The notes: generated from the sequence alone by a model not told the origin. 64,000 bases of DNA from an uncultured Acidobacteriota bacterium (GCA_963713825.1 CAVQNG010000003.1:320001-384000), one strand, 5' to 3'. Positions 30,674 to 40,297 are shown, counted from the first letter of the stretch. Made by a program: numbers and translations.

Positions 30674-31272
30674 TCCGTGTCATCATCGCCGAAGACCAGG
30701 GCCTCGTCCTGGGTGCTCTCGCCGCTCTCCTCGACATGGAGGACGACATCGAGGTGGTGGCAACCGCTGAGACCGGCAACGATGCGTTGGAGAAGGCCCT
30801 CGAATTCGAACCCGACGTCGTCTTGACGGACATCGAGATGCCAGGCATGACGGGTCTCGAGCTGTTGCAGGCTCTCAAGGAGAAGAGCTTCTCCGGAAGA
30901 GTGATCATCGTCACGACCTTCGGTCGTAGCGGCTACCTGCGGCGCGCCCTCGAAGGTGGCGCCGCCGGCTATCTGCTCAAGGACACACCGGCCGAGGAAC
31001 TTGCCGAGGCCGTGCGCCGGGTTCACCAGGGACTGCGTGCGGTAGCCCCGGAGCTGGCCGCTCAGGCATGGGGCGAGCCCGATCCGCTGACCGACCGCGA
31101 GCGCCAGGTACTGCAGCTCGCCGGCGAAGGTTTGTCGAACTCCAAGATCGCCGAGGAGCTTCATCTCTCCGAGGGCACCGTGCGCAACTACCTGTCCGAC
31201 GCCATCGGCAAGCTCGGCGCCGCCAACCGGACGGAGGCCGCCCGGCTGGCTCGTAAGCAGGGCTGGCTTTAG
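30670..31272 (+). CDS. DesR/YvfU-like NarL-family response regulator
   Basis: AEDQ, TDIEMP, TTFGR, LLKD, LuxR HTH (LTDRE..SEGTVRNYLS). Confidence 0.95.
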   Translation: MIRVIIAEDQGLVLGALAALLDMEDDIEVVATAETGNDALEKALEFEPDVVLTDIEMPGMTGLELLQALKEKSFSGRVIIVTTFGRSGYLRRALEGGAAGYLLKDTPAEELAEAVRRVHQGLRAVAPELAAQAWGEPDPLTDRERQVLQLAGEGLSNSKIAEELHLSEGTVRNYLSDAIGKLGAANRTEAARLARKQGWL

Positions 31273-31283
31273 CCGGGTTCCCG

Positions 31284-32657
31284 CTACGGCAAGGACTCCA
31301 CCTGCGAGCTCCACCGCCAGGGGCCACCCCACTCGAAATCGTCGCAGTAGATGCAATATTCAATGTCCCGACCGATGATGAACGCATCGTTGGTGTTGTC
31401 GGGTTTGGGATCGCCATCCCACGTCAGGCTTCGCCAGTTTGTGGCCAGCCGCCCGTACCACCCGTGAGCACCTGGGAAACCCTGATCATTGTCGTTGTCC
31501 CAGACGTTGTATTGCACCTGTGGACCGTCGAACTGGTTCGAACCGGTCACCAGCCTCGCCTCGATGCTATCGCCCAGGTCGGCACCACTCGCCACTGCGC
31601 TGCTCCACACCACCAGGAAGCCCATTGGACCGTAGTCGGCCAGACGCGGTTCCTCCTGTCCGCCGTCGATCACCGTGTTCACTCGAAAATCGGCTGCCAG
31701 GGGATTCAGATCCGAGTCGAACAACCTGGCTCGGATCTCTCTGCCGTTCGTGCCGCCATCACCCTCGGCATCGGACCAGACCGCGGCCACGACACCGTCC
31801 CAGCCCAGGGCGACATCGTTGTCCTGTTTCTGCGCCACAAAGGAGCTGCTGACCTTGAAGTCGTTACCGATCGGCCCTCCGGCGGCGTTGAATCTCCGGC
31901 CCCAGATCTCCTGATCCGCGATCCATATGGCGAAGAACCCTCCGTCGGGGAGCTCGGTCACCGAGGGAATGTTCTGGCTGGGCGGCCCCGTCGAGTTGAC
32001 CTGGAACTGGGCGCTAGGAACTCCCGCGGCACTCACCAGACAGCCTTCGATGCTGGCATTGGTATCTGCGCCGGAAGAATTGGCGCTTCTCCAAACAACG
32101 GCGTAGCCACCCGCACTACCGTCGGTCTCTCGCAGAGCTGCCACATCGGCATAAACATTGGTGGCGGTGTTGGTTGCGACGGTGCTCAGCCGCTGCTCGG
32201 TGCCGACCGTATTGCCGGCAGCGTTGTAGGCCTGACTACGAACCACGATGCGCTCGGCGCCGCCACCGACATCCTCCCAACTCTGGAAGATGACCAGGAA
32301 CGTGCCGTCGGCCGACACCGCGACCCTCGGATAGCGCTGGATGTCGAGGGTGGTGGTGTTGACCTGCACCGGGGCGCCGAGCGGATTCCCCGCCGCGTCC
32401 CACCGCCGGACAAAGATCTCACCCGCAGAGGATCCCCCTACCCCGGTTGCGACCCAGACATGGATCCGCAGGCCTATCTCATTAACCGCTACGTCGGGGT
32501 AGGTCCGGCCGGTGCCCGGCTGAACGCCGTCAGGTCCGTCGATCCATAGCTCAGGACCGGCGATATCGGGAAAAGGGGGTAGGACAGGCAAGGGCACGGC
32601 CCCTGCTAGCCCGGCGACTGCAAATGACAACATAAGAAAACTGATGGCTCGCTTCAT
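31284..32657 (-). CDS. Third, divergent secreted 7-repeat propeller protein with variant YCDDFEWG tail
   Basis: Signal peptide; degenerate QVNT/FQVNS/FRVNT repeats; ends IEYCIYCDDFEWGGPWRWSSQ; GGAGGAG RBS. Confidence 0.75.
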   Translation of the reverse strand: MKRAISFLMLSFAVAGLAGAVPLPVLPPFPDIAGPELWIDGPDGVQPGTGRTYPDVAVNEIGLRIHVWVATGVGGSSAGEIFVRRWDAAGNPLGAPVQVNTTTLDIQRYPRVAVSADGTFLVIFQSWEDVGGGAERIVVRSQAYNAAGNTVGTEQRLSTVATNTATNVYADVAALRETDGSAGGYAVVWRSANSSGADTNASIEGCLVSAAGVPSAQFQVNSTGPPSQNIPSVTELPDGGFFAIWIADQEIWGRRFNAAGGPIGNDFKVSSSFVAQKQDNDVALGWDGVVAAVWSDAEGDGGTNGREIRARLFDSDLNPLAADFRVNTVIDGGQEEPRLADYGPMGFLVVWSSAVASGADLGDSIEARLVTGSNQFDGPQVQYNVWDNDNDQGFPGAHGWYGRLATNWRSLTWDGDPKPDNTNDAFIIGRDIEYCIYCDDFEWGGPWRWSSQVESLP

Positions 32658-32797
32658 CTTTCAACTCCTCCATTTCTGTCCCGATACACCCACTGACACC
32701 TCGACCACGCAGTGGCGAGAACCAACTCGAGGCTGTTGGCCGAATTCAGATAGCGAGGCGTGGCCCGGCGTGTGACCGCTACCGTCGCGAAGGCGCT

Positions 32798-32887
32798 AGT
32801 TGATTTCGGTCGCAGTCTCCGCCAACAGATCCTGGCACCCGCGCCACTGGGTTGCCGAGGCAAATTGGCACTCGACCGAATCCAACT
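32798..32887 (-). other. About 90-nt imperfect hairpin in the long 5' leader of the propeller gene (candidate structured RNA)
   Basis: AGTTGATTTCGGTCG (32798-32812) pairs with CGACCGAATCCAACT (32873-32887); inner GCCAA/TTGGC and CCTGGCACCC/GGGTTGCCGAGG stems. Confidence 0.45.
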
Positions 32888-33037
32888 TCAAGCTCTTGAG
32901 CGACCTTGTCGTTGGCCGGATTATACACAGGGAGGACGAGACCCACCGCAGCCTGGCGTCGATTGGAGGAGTTGGTCGAAAAACTCACTTGCGTGATCTG
33001 CGCCGTGGCCGAGAAGACGCAGCGCCGCCCCCATCGA

Positions 33038-34633
33038 TCAATGCAGCGGAATCGTAGCCTGAAGGAACGGCGTCTCGATCGAAAGGGTCACGCCTTCGCC
33101 ATCGTGAAACGACAGGGTCCACTCCTCAGGTATCGCCCACGCCGACAGAACCGTCAGGACCAGCGTCCGATCATCCTTCCAGTGGCCTTTCGCAGAGAAC
33201 GGCACCTTGCCGATCTCATCGTGATCGACCATTACCGTTCGGAATCTGCCATCCAATCCGATGGACACCTGCAACTCCCGCTGCTCCTCCGACAAGTCAT
33301 CCCTTCGGAAGACGATGTCCATCCCCCAATCGGCGTCGACTCCTGTTCCCGAGTACACGATTCTCATGAGGGCTTCAGCGTCCTCAGGAAACGTGATCGA
33401 CAGTTGTTCGATCCCGAGCACGTTGTCCCCATCCTTCACATCGAAGGTCGAGCCCGAGAATTGTCTTGCGTGCTCAGGCAGCTCTTGTGCAGTCGCCGGC
33501 AGGCCCGCTGCCACGGTATCGAGCGACTTGGTCAAATTTGAATTGGGTGGCAGCGGAGTATCCGATACCACCGCGGGAATCACCATCTCCTCGAGGAAAC
33601 GGTAGGGGGCAGCCATTTCCCTTCCCATGAGACCACCCGCAAACACGACAACCATTTCCAGATCCGGGACCACAAAAGTGAAGTTCCCTCCCAGGCCCTC
33701 GGCACTGTGCACCTTGTGCCCCGCGAAATGCTTCGTGTACCACTGATATCCGTACTCCTCCTCGAGGAACTCCACATCTGTCTCGATGTACTGCTGCATC
33801 GAGGCCTCGATCCACTCGGCGGGGAGGATCTGCTCATCTCCCCATCGCCCTTCGTTCAGCATGAGGTAGCCCACCTTCGCCATCTCTCGTGGGCGAAGGA
33901 ACAGCTCCGAGCCCCCATTGTTGATGCCCTGGTAAGCCGACCAGCCGGCATCGTCGATACCCAACGGATGAAACAGCCTTTCGTTGGCATACTCCAGGGC
34001 GGTCTTGCCCGTCACTTCCTGGACAATGGCGGTCAAAAGATGAGAGGCACCGCTGTTGTAGTTGAAGTGAGTCCCGGGCTCCTGGACGATCGGCTTGTCG
34101 AGGATGTAGCGAACCCCGTCGGAGGACGCCAGGAGTCGCGAAAAGTCACCCTCGGCCCTGATCCCGTATGGCCAATCCTGCCATTCGAAGCCATCTGTCA
34201 TCGTCAAGAGATCCTCGAGTGCGAGCTGTCGCTTCCAGTCATCGAGGTTCTTGATCTCTTCACCCTCCAGAGGAAGCAGATCGAGGACCTTCGCCTTCTC
34301 ATCGAGGATGAGGCCTTCTTCGATCGCGAGTCCAACCAGGAGCGCACTGATGCCTTTGGTTGCCGAATAGATGATGTGCCGGTGCTCCCTCTCGTAGGGA
34401 GGAAGGTAGGCCTCCATCACCAGATAGCCGTTCCTCACGACGATCACACTGTCGATTCGCAGCTCCTGTTTCTGGATCTCACGCAGCATGGCGAGTAGAG
34501 GTCGTGAGTCGATCCCCTGCTCCTCTGGGGTCGAGATTCGCCATCCCGCGATCGGCGCGGCGAGCTCTTTTTCCCTGTGGCCACATCCAAGCAGAAGCAG
34601 GACGACGAGGCATGCCAACGACTTCGCTCTCAT
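33038..34633 (-). CDS. Serine hydrolase, beta-lactamase/AmpC family (NylB-like) lipoprotein
   Basis: SATK (SxxK), FNYNS (YxS), YGYQW, AEGLGG; lipobox LLLGC. Confidence 0.88.
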   Translation of the reverse strand: MRAKSLACLVVLLLLGCGHREKELAAPIAGWRISTPEEQGIDSRPLLAMLREIQKQELRIDSVIVVRNGYLVMEAYLPPYEREHRHIIYSATKGISALLVGLAIEEGLILDEKAKVLDLLPLEGEEIKNLDDWKRQLALEDLLTMTDGFEWQDWPYGIRAEGDFSRLLASSDGVRYILDKPIVQEPGTHFNYNSGASHLLTAIVQEVTGKTALEYANERLFHPLGIDDAGWSAYQGINNGGSELFLRPREMAKVGYLMLNEGRWGDEQILPAEWIEASMQQYIETDVEFLEEEYGYQWYTKHFAGHKVHSAEGLGGNFTFVVPDLEMVVVFAGGLMGREMAAPYRFLEEMVIPAVVSDTPLPPNSNLTKSLDTVAAGLPATAQELPEHARQFSGSTFDVKDGDNVLGIEQLSITFPEDAEALMRIVYSGTGVDADWGMDIVFRRDDLSEEQRELQVSIGLDGRFRTVMVDHDEIGKVPFSAKGHWKDDRTLVLTVLSAWAIPEEWTLSFHDGEGVTLSIETPFLQATIPLH

Positions 34634-34706
34634 GATTGTTCTCCCAATCGGGGGTGCCGCGACCCGGCTCATCTGTGCGGCAGGCCAGTGTTTCTCTACA
34701 TGCAGC

Positions 34707-35192
34707 TCAACTCCTGGTCCAAACGCCGAGCGCGATGCGAAGGTCGATGATCTGGCCGGCGTGATAACCGTTGTGATCCAGGAGGATCAGCGCAGCTCGC
34801 AAAGTGTGGTGGTGGCTTTTCTCGGCGGAGGGCACGGTTGCGTAGAGGTCATGCTCGCGATCGTCCACCATCATAGCCATGGCATCGGTGGCCTCGAGTA
34901 GCCTATTCACGCTTTCTCGCCATGCCTCCTCGCTGGGTGGCTCCGCCGTCGCCGGCCAGTATCCCTCCGGCCATGCGAGCTTCTCGTAGTCGGCGTCACG
35001 GCAATAGGAAACGAGATCCTCCGCAGCGAGCCTCAGATGCTCGACCAGCTCCCAACCTGTGTGCCGAAAGCCCTCCACCGACTGCCCGGCGAGAGTGGCG
35101 GGAAAGCCCTCCACCGCCCGGCTCAGCCCGGCACCTGCCTGACTCTGTCGAAGTAGCTTGGAAAGGGTTCCACGTAGCTCGTCTTCACTCAT
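34707..35192 (-). CDS. DinB family protein
   Basis: WELVEHLR, WPEGYWP, DHNGYHAGQ. Confidence 0.88.
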   Translation of the reverse strand: MSEDELRGTLSKLLRQSQAGAGLSRAVEGFPATLAGQSVEGFRHTGWELVEHLRLAAEDLVSYCRDADYEKLAWPEGYWPATAEPPSEEAWRESVNRLLEATDAMAMMVDDREHDLYATVPSAEKSHHHTLRAALILLDHNGYHAGQIIDLRIALGVWTRS

Positions 35193-35201
35193 GAAGCGAG
35201 G

Positions 35202-37523
35202 TTACCGCGCGATGGGGGCTGCCAGCACCGGATCGGGAATGCCGAAGGCGTCGACCAACGGCACGGCCTGCTGCCGGACCTCTAGACAGAGCTTGTCGAC
35301 CTGTTTGCGGATTGCCTTGGCTTTGGCGCTCTCGAGGTAGCCGTGCTCCAGAAACCAGCCACGGTCGGCCTCGATGCGGTGCAGAGCGTAGAGATCGCAG
35401 AGCGTACCGAGCACCGCTTTCAATGAGGCGTCTTCACAGCCATCGATACCGGAGGCGAATTGCTCCAAGACCACCCTCTCGGTATGGGCCTTGGCCAAGG
35501 CAACGACGTGATCCTGCACCTCGACCAGCGCGTCGAAGCTGTCCATGCCGGCGTCGAGACGCTTCTTCATCCGGCGCGCGAGGGAAGTCAGCAAGTGCTG
35601 CTCCCTCCACACGAAGGCGGCCAGCTGGAAGTCTCGGTCACAAAGGTGCTCTTCGTCGGTCCTACGGGTCGCCACGGGGTTGAGCTCGGCAACGGCCGTG
35701 GCCGCCTGGCCGGCGAGGTACTTTGCCAGTCCGAACGCGTTCATCTCCCCGAACTGCCTGGCATAGCCGGTGAGCAGGCTCTTGGCTTGCAGCTGCAGCA
35801 GCACGGTGTTGTCGCCCTCGAAGGTCGTGAAGACATCGCTGTCGGCCTTGAGCGCGGCGAAGCGATTGACGGCCAGGTATCCCTGCCCACCACAGGTCTC
35901 ACGGCAGGTCTGGATGGTGTCCGTCGCGTTCCAGGTGGAATAAGCCTTCAATCCAGCCGCCAGGGACTCCACCTCGCGGCGATTATCGGCCGATGAGCCG
36001 ACGTACTCGGCCGCCAGATGAGAAAGAGCGAAGTCGAGAGCGTAGGTCGTGGCCAACCGGGGCATCAGACGCCGCTGGTGAGTGCGGTAGTCCAGCAATA
36101 CCGTTTCCGCCGCACCATCCGGTCCGAACTGCCGCCGGCCAGCGCCATAGCGTGTCGCGATCGTCAACGCCGACTTGGCCGTGCTCAGACCTGCGAGCGC
36201 CACGCTCACGCGACCACCTACGAGGGTCCCCAGCATCACGAAGAATCGCTTGGTCGGACTCGAGATCGGGCTACTGTACGTCCCGTCGGCAGCGACCTGT
36301 GCGAAGCGATCGAGAAGACTCTGGCGCGGTATCCGAACCTGGTCGAACCAGAGCCTGCCGTTGTCGATCCCATTGAGGCCGAGCTTCTCACCGCAATCCT
36401 CGACGCCGACCCCAGCGCACACCGTGCCGTCCTTTTCACGTATCGGCACGAGAAAGGCGTGGACCCCGTGGTGCTCCGAGCCGATCTCGAGTTGGGCGAA
36501 AACCGTGGCCAGGCGCCCGTGCAGCGCAGCGTTGCCGATGTAGTCCTTGCGCGCCGCCGGACTCGGAGTGTCGAGGACGAAGTCTTCTGTCTGCGGCTCG
36601 TAGCGCGCCACGGTCTCCAGATCGTGAACATTGGAGCCGTGCCCGGTCTCGGTCATCGCGAAACATCCTGGTAGCTCCAACGTGCCAACGAGGGGCAGGT
36701 ACTGCTCGTGATGTCGCTCCGTTCCCAGTTGCAGGATGCTGCCGCCAAACAGACCGAATTGCACCCCCAACTTCACCAAGAGGCTCAGGTCGTGAAAGGC
36801 CACGGTCTCGAAGGCGGCGATGAAGGCGCCCAGGTCACCGCCGCCCCCGACCTCCTTGGGGAAGCTCAAAGCACCAATACCCTCCACCGCTAGAGCCTGG
36901 GTCCAATCGAGCACCAGTGCGCGGTAGCTTTCTCTGTCCAGGTCGTAGCGGTAGCCAAACTCGGGACGGCTCAATATGCCGCGCACCTGGTCGCGAACAG
37001 CCCACTGATCACCATCCAGAAGCCGCGTCATTGCGGCCACGTCGAAGGCAGGTGGTGGGCCAACGGTTTCGGGTGCGGTGCGCTTGGGACTCAGCAGTCG
37101 ACGGACCGCCTCGGTACCACCGATACCGAGACTCGATTCGATGGCCTCCAGGGCCTGCCTTTCCGCAGCCGAAGCCTGATGCCCTGCGGCCGCCGCAAGC
37201 TCCACCCCCAACTCGGCCAGCGTACGACGCTCGCCGGCGGGCATGAGCGTCGCCGCGGTCCTAATGGTGGCCAACAGCGTCGTCAGATCGGTTGCCGAGG
37301 GCGGGCTCTCAGGATCCAGCCAACCCTCCAGGAACCGCTGACAATCTTCATCCATCCCTTTGGTCGTCCCGATTCGAGTACAGATGGCTCGAATCTCGAC
37401 GGGCTCCAATTCGCCGTCCGCCCAGGCAACATAGAGCATCGGAAGGTAGGGCAGCAGCTCGGGAGCATCAGCGACACCCGCGCCTCGAGCGTCGATCGGA
37501 TCGGAAGGCGACGAATTCGTCAT
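35202..37523 (-). CDS. Acyl-CoA oxidase/dehydrogenase with N-terminal TerB-like helical extension
   Basis: GVQFGLFGG, GCFAMTETGHGSN, KDYIGNAA, GLNGIDNG, CGGQGY, TFEGDNTVL; N-terminal LYVAWADGEL...E. Confidence 0.88.
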   Translation of the reverse strand: MTNSSPSDPIDARGAGVADAPELLPYLPMLYVAWADGELEPVEIRAICTRIGTTKGMDEDCQRFLEGWLDPESPPSATDLTTLLATIRTAATLMPAGERRTLAELGVELAAAAGHQASAAERQALEAIESSLGIGGTEAVRRLLSPKRTAPETVGPPPAFDVAAMTRLLDGDQWAVRDQVRGILSRPEFGYRYDLDRESYRALVLDWTQALAVEGIGALSFPKEVGGGGDLGAFIAAFETVAFHDLSLLVKLGVQFGLFGGSILQLGTERHHEQYLPLVGTLELPGCFAMTETGHGSNVHDLETVARYEPQTEDFVLDTPSPAARKDYIGNAALHGRLATVFAQLEIGSEHHGVHAFLVPIREKDGTVCAGVGVEDCGEKLGLNGIDNGRLWFDQVRIPRQSLLDRFAQVAADGTYSSPISSPTKRFFVMLGTLVGGRVSVALAGLSTAKSALTIATRYGAGRRQFGPDGAAETVLLDYRTHQRRLMPRLATTYALDFALSHLAAEYVGSSADNRREVESLAAGLKAYSTWNATDTIQTCRETCGGQGYLAVNRFAALKADSDVFTTFEGDNTVLLQLQAKSLLTGYARQFGEMNAFGLAKYLAGQAATAVAELNPVATRRTDEEHLCDRDFQLAAFVWREQHLLTSLARRMKKRLDAGMDSFDALVEVQDHVVALAKAHTERVVLEQFASGIDGCEDASLKAVLGTLCDLYALHRIEADRGWFLEHGYLESAKAKAIRKQVDKLCLEVRQQAVPLVDAFGIPDPVLAAPIAR

Positions 37524-37632
37524 ACCCAATGGTACTCCGGAGGCCCGCATTCGGATTGGATCCACCGCGGCCAACGGGCCTTTTCCATCCTGGTGTCGCT
37601 GTGGAGCGGCTGAATCGGCGCCAGGGATCCCG

Positions 37633-38286
37633 TCACATCGGCACGGGCTCTGAGCGCAGCGACAGAGACCTCGACAGTGTCACGAAGAAGAAGAGCACCG
37701 CGCCAAAACCAACGGCCACGAGCGGTAGGGTGATCCAGGCGATGGCCGGCCCCCTCTGGGTCAGCCAACGCAGCTCTCCCGAGCTCATGTAGAGCGCGAG
37801 TACAACCAGATTCAGCACTGTGAACAGAGCATAGGCCCACATAGCGGCACTGGTGGCGATTTGGAGCTGTGCGTCATCGGGCTTGACCAGCTCACGCCTA
37901 TACACCGCAAAGAAGATCAGGATCGCCACTGTGGCGATCAGGGGTGCGATGGGTTCCAGCCATGGAGAGCGGACGAATGTCGAGAAGGGGGCGACATCGG
38001 AGATTCGCAGCAAGATCTGAAGTGGAACCAAGAGTGCCATCGCGGCTCCGGCCGCCGCCGTGGCGGTTGCTCGGCGAAGAGGCGGACGCTCCGGAGTCGT
38101 CATTTCTCGCCAGAAGGCAAGAAAGAACCAGAGCATGGTGGCCGCACTGAACAGGTGCGTCCATAAGGCCGCCTGGGCCACCATGGGGGAGGTGAACAGC
38201 TGTGTAGAGAAGGTCGCCGCCGTGCGAAGCACGAAGGTGGCGCAGAGACCGAGAATTGCGGCGAAGGTCGCGATACGGAGGTTCAT
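37633..38286 (-). CDS. Hypothetical integral membrane protein (about 6 TM)
   Basis: Hydrophobic helices; AGGAGG RBS before ATG 38286. Confidence 0.65.
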   Translation of the reverse strand: MNLRIATFAAILGLCATFVLRTAATFSTQLFTSPMVAQAALWTHLFSAATMLWFFLAFWREMTTPERPPLRRATATAAAGAAMALLVPLQILLRISDVAPFSTFVRSPWLEPIAPLIATVAILIFFAVYRRELVKPDDAQLQIATSAAMWAYALFTVLNLVVLALYMSSGELRWLTQRGPAIAWITLPLVAVGFGAVLFFFVTLSRSLSLRSEPVPM

Positions 38287-38603
38287 CCCTGCCTCCTTTC
38301 GATTTGGCGGAGCGCCGCCAGTGCCCTGACCACTCAGCATATACCGGCATCGTTTCTCGCGGTGCACCGCTTCGCCGTGACCGGTTCCTCTGTCTGGAGC
38401 TCCAGAGCCCTCGGGACACGGCAGCGCTCCTGGAAACGAAATTCAAAGCCCGCTGGCCCAAGTGATCATGCGCGGCCTGCTGACCTGGACCTTCCTCAAT
38501 CTAGTGGTGGTCCTTGTGCTGTATCTGCGGCCAGGTTCCGATCATGACTAGTTGGGATGACATGATGACTCACTTCGATGCACTTCGACGACTCGAGAGA
38601 ACG

Positions 38604-39539
38604 ATGATGCACTCACTTCGATTCACTGTTGCGACGGCACTGGTCCTCGCGCTCGCAGGTTGCCACCTCCACTCCGGAGTACAACAAGCGGATCTGTCCT
38701 TCGAGCCCGAGATTCCGCAGCCCGCCTACTCCCAGGGCCCAGGCCCGGTGGTCCAGATCGACGAGGCCCACTTCAACTTCCACACGCTCGAGGGGCGCTA
38801 CGCTCCCTTCGCGAAGCTGCTGCGCCGCGACGGATATGTGGTGCAGGGTCTCGCCGAGACCGCGACTGCAGACTCGCTTGGCCAGGGAGACATCTACGTC
38901 ATCGCCAACGCCATCGCCGAGTCGGACCAGAAGGGTTGGAAACTGCCCGCGGAACAGGCCTTCACCGAGATCGAAATCGAGGCTATTCGTCTCTGGGTCG
39001 AAGAAGGTGGCTCGCTGCTCTTGATCGCGGACCACATGCCGTTTCCGGGCTCGGTTGCAGACCTGGCGGCCGCGTTCGACATTCTGTTCGGCAACGGCTT
39101 TCTCTATGACACCGAGGACAACTCCAAGCTCGAGTTCACTCGAGAGGCAGGACTCGCCGATCATCCCATCACCGCGGGCCGAGATGAGAGCGAGAGGATC
39201 GACTCCGTCCGTACGTTCACCGGCCAGGCGTTCCGCGTCGAGCGCGAGTTCGAGCCCCTATTGACGCTCCCCCCAGGGAGCACGTTGAAACTGCCCATCG
39301 AAGCCTGGGAGTTTAAGAAGACGACGCCAACCATACCGGCGGCTGGCATGCTGCAAGGTGCGGTCCTCCGATTCGGAGAAGGTCGCGTGGCTGTGTTCGG
39401 CGAGGCCGCGATGTTCTCGGCCCAGGAGTGGATCACCAAAGACGAGCGCGTCCTGATGGGCATGAACCGGCCCGATGCCGCCCAGAACCCGCAGTTCCTA
39501 CTCAACGTGATGCACTGGTTGTCCGGCTTGCTCGACTAG
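38604..39539 (+). CDS. Lipoprotein with class I glutamine-amidotransferase-like fold (DUF4350/GldG-like)
   Basis: Lipobox LAGC, IDEAHFNFHT, WVEEGGSLLLIADHMPF, GRVAVFGEAAMFSAQ, N.QFLLNVMHWL. Confidence 0.75.
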   Translation: MMHSLRFTVATALVLALAGCHLHSGVQQADLSFEPEIPQPAYSQGPGPVVQIDEAHFNFHTLEGRYAPFAKLLRRDGYVVQGLAETATADSLGQGDIYVIANAIAESDQKGWKLPAEQAFTEIEIEAIRLWVEEGGSLLLIADHMPFPGSVADLAAAFDILFGNGFLYDTEDNSKLEFTREAGLADHPITAGRDESERIDSVRTFTGQAFRVEREFEPLLTLPPGSTLKLPIEAWEFKKTTPTIPAAGMLQGAVLRFGEGRVAVFGEAAMFSAQEWITKDERVLMGMNRPDAAQNPQFLLNVMHWLSGLLD

Positions 39540-39562
39540 CGTCGCCCTCGGCTCGACTCGCG

Positions 39563-40297
39563 TCACTGGATCTCGATGGCGCTCTTCGTCTTCTCGCGTC
39601 GGGACCTCTCCTTGGCATCGTACTCGGCCATGCATCCGTCCTGGCTAACCATGGCGCAGTCGAGGTAATCAACGATCTCGATCAAGCAGGCTCGGATCGC
39701 CTTCCCGGTCGGGGTCTTCTCGTACTGAGCCAGATCACCGTGAAACCCGGACTTCCAGACCCCGACATCGAACCCCTTGCTGCCGGCTCGTGCTTCCACT
39801 GTGCGCACGAACTCGAGCTCGCCCGTGGTGGTGTTGACCACCCTGAGGTCGACCGCCATGTAGGCCTTGCCCTTCTTGCCACCAATTCGAATTCCCTTGT
39901 AGCCGATGCCGCCGCCTGTACCCTTGACGTTGTCCTCATAAGCGCTGACGGAACCGAGCACCAGGTATGTCGCTCCGGTCAACTTTCCGACCTCGGCACC
40001 GGTGCCTTCAGCCACACGCCCGTAGTCAGCCAGATCCTGCTCGGCGAGGATAGGCTCGAGCTTGGCGCGCTCCACGACCCGGAAGGACCCCGTCGCTGCC
40101 AGCTCGTTCGACAGCATGTCCGAGAGATCCCAACCGACGCTGCCGGTGCCATACCACCAATAGGCAGCCTGGCCCACTTCGTTCCGGAACTCAGCGACCC
40201 CCAAGACCGGCTTATCAGCCGCCGCAACCGGAGACGTGAAAACCAGCAAACTCACTACCAAACACAATCCAGTCACAACCATCGATTTCATCTCCAC
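39563..40297 (-). CDS. csgG: CsgG/HfaB family protein
   Basis: Signal peptide, LGVAEF, FRVVERAKLEPILAEQDL, GATYLVLGSVS, VDLRVVNTTTGE. Confidence 0.75.
   Translation of the reverse strand: MEMKSMVVTGLCLVVSLLVFTSPVAAADKPVLGVAEFRNEVGQAAYWWYGTGSVGWDLSDMLSNELAATGSFRVVERAKLEPILAEQDLADYGRVAEGTGAEVGKLTGATYLVLGSVSAYEDNVKGTGGGIGYKGIRIGGKKGKAYMAVDLRVVNTTTGELEFVRTVEARAGSKGFDVGVWKSGFHGDLAQYEKTPTGKAIRACLIEIVDYLDCAMVSQDGCMAEYDAKERSRREKTKSAIEIQ

Noticed and set aside
39563-40297. Curli biogenesis operon
   Set aside because: Only a CsgG-like gene is present; no curlin repeats or csgE/F in the window
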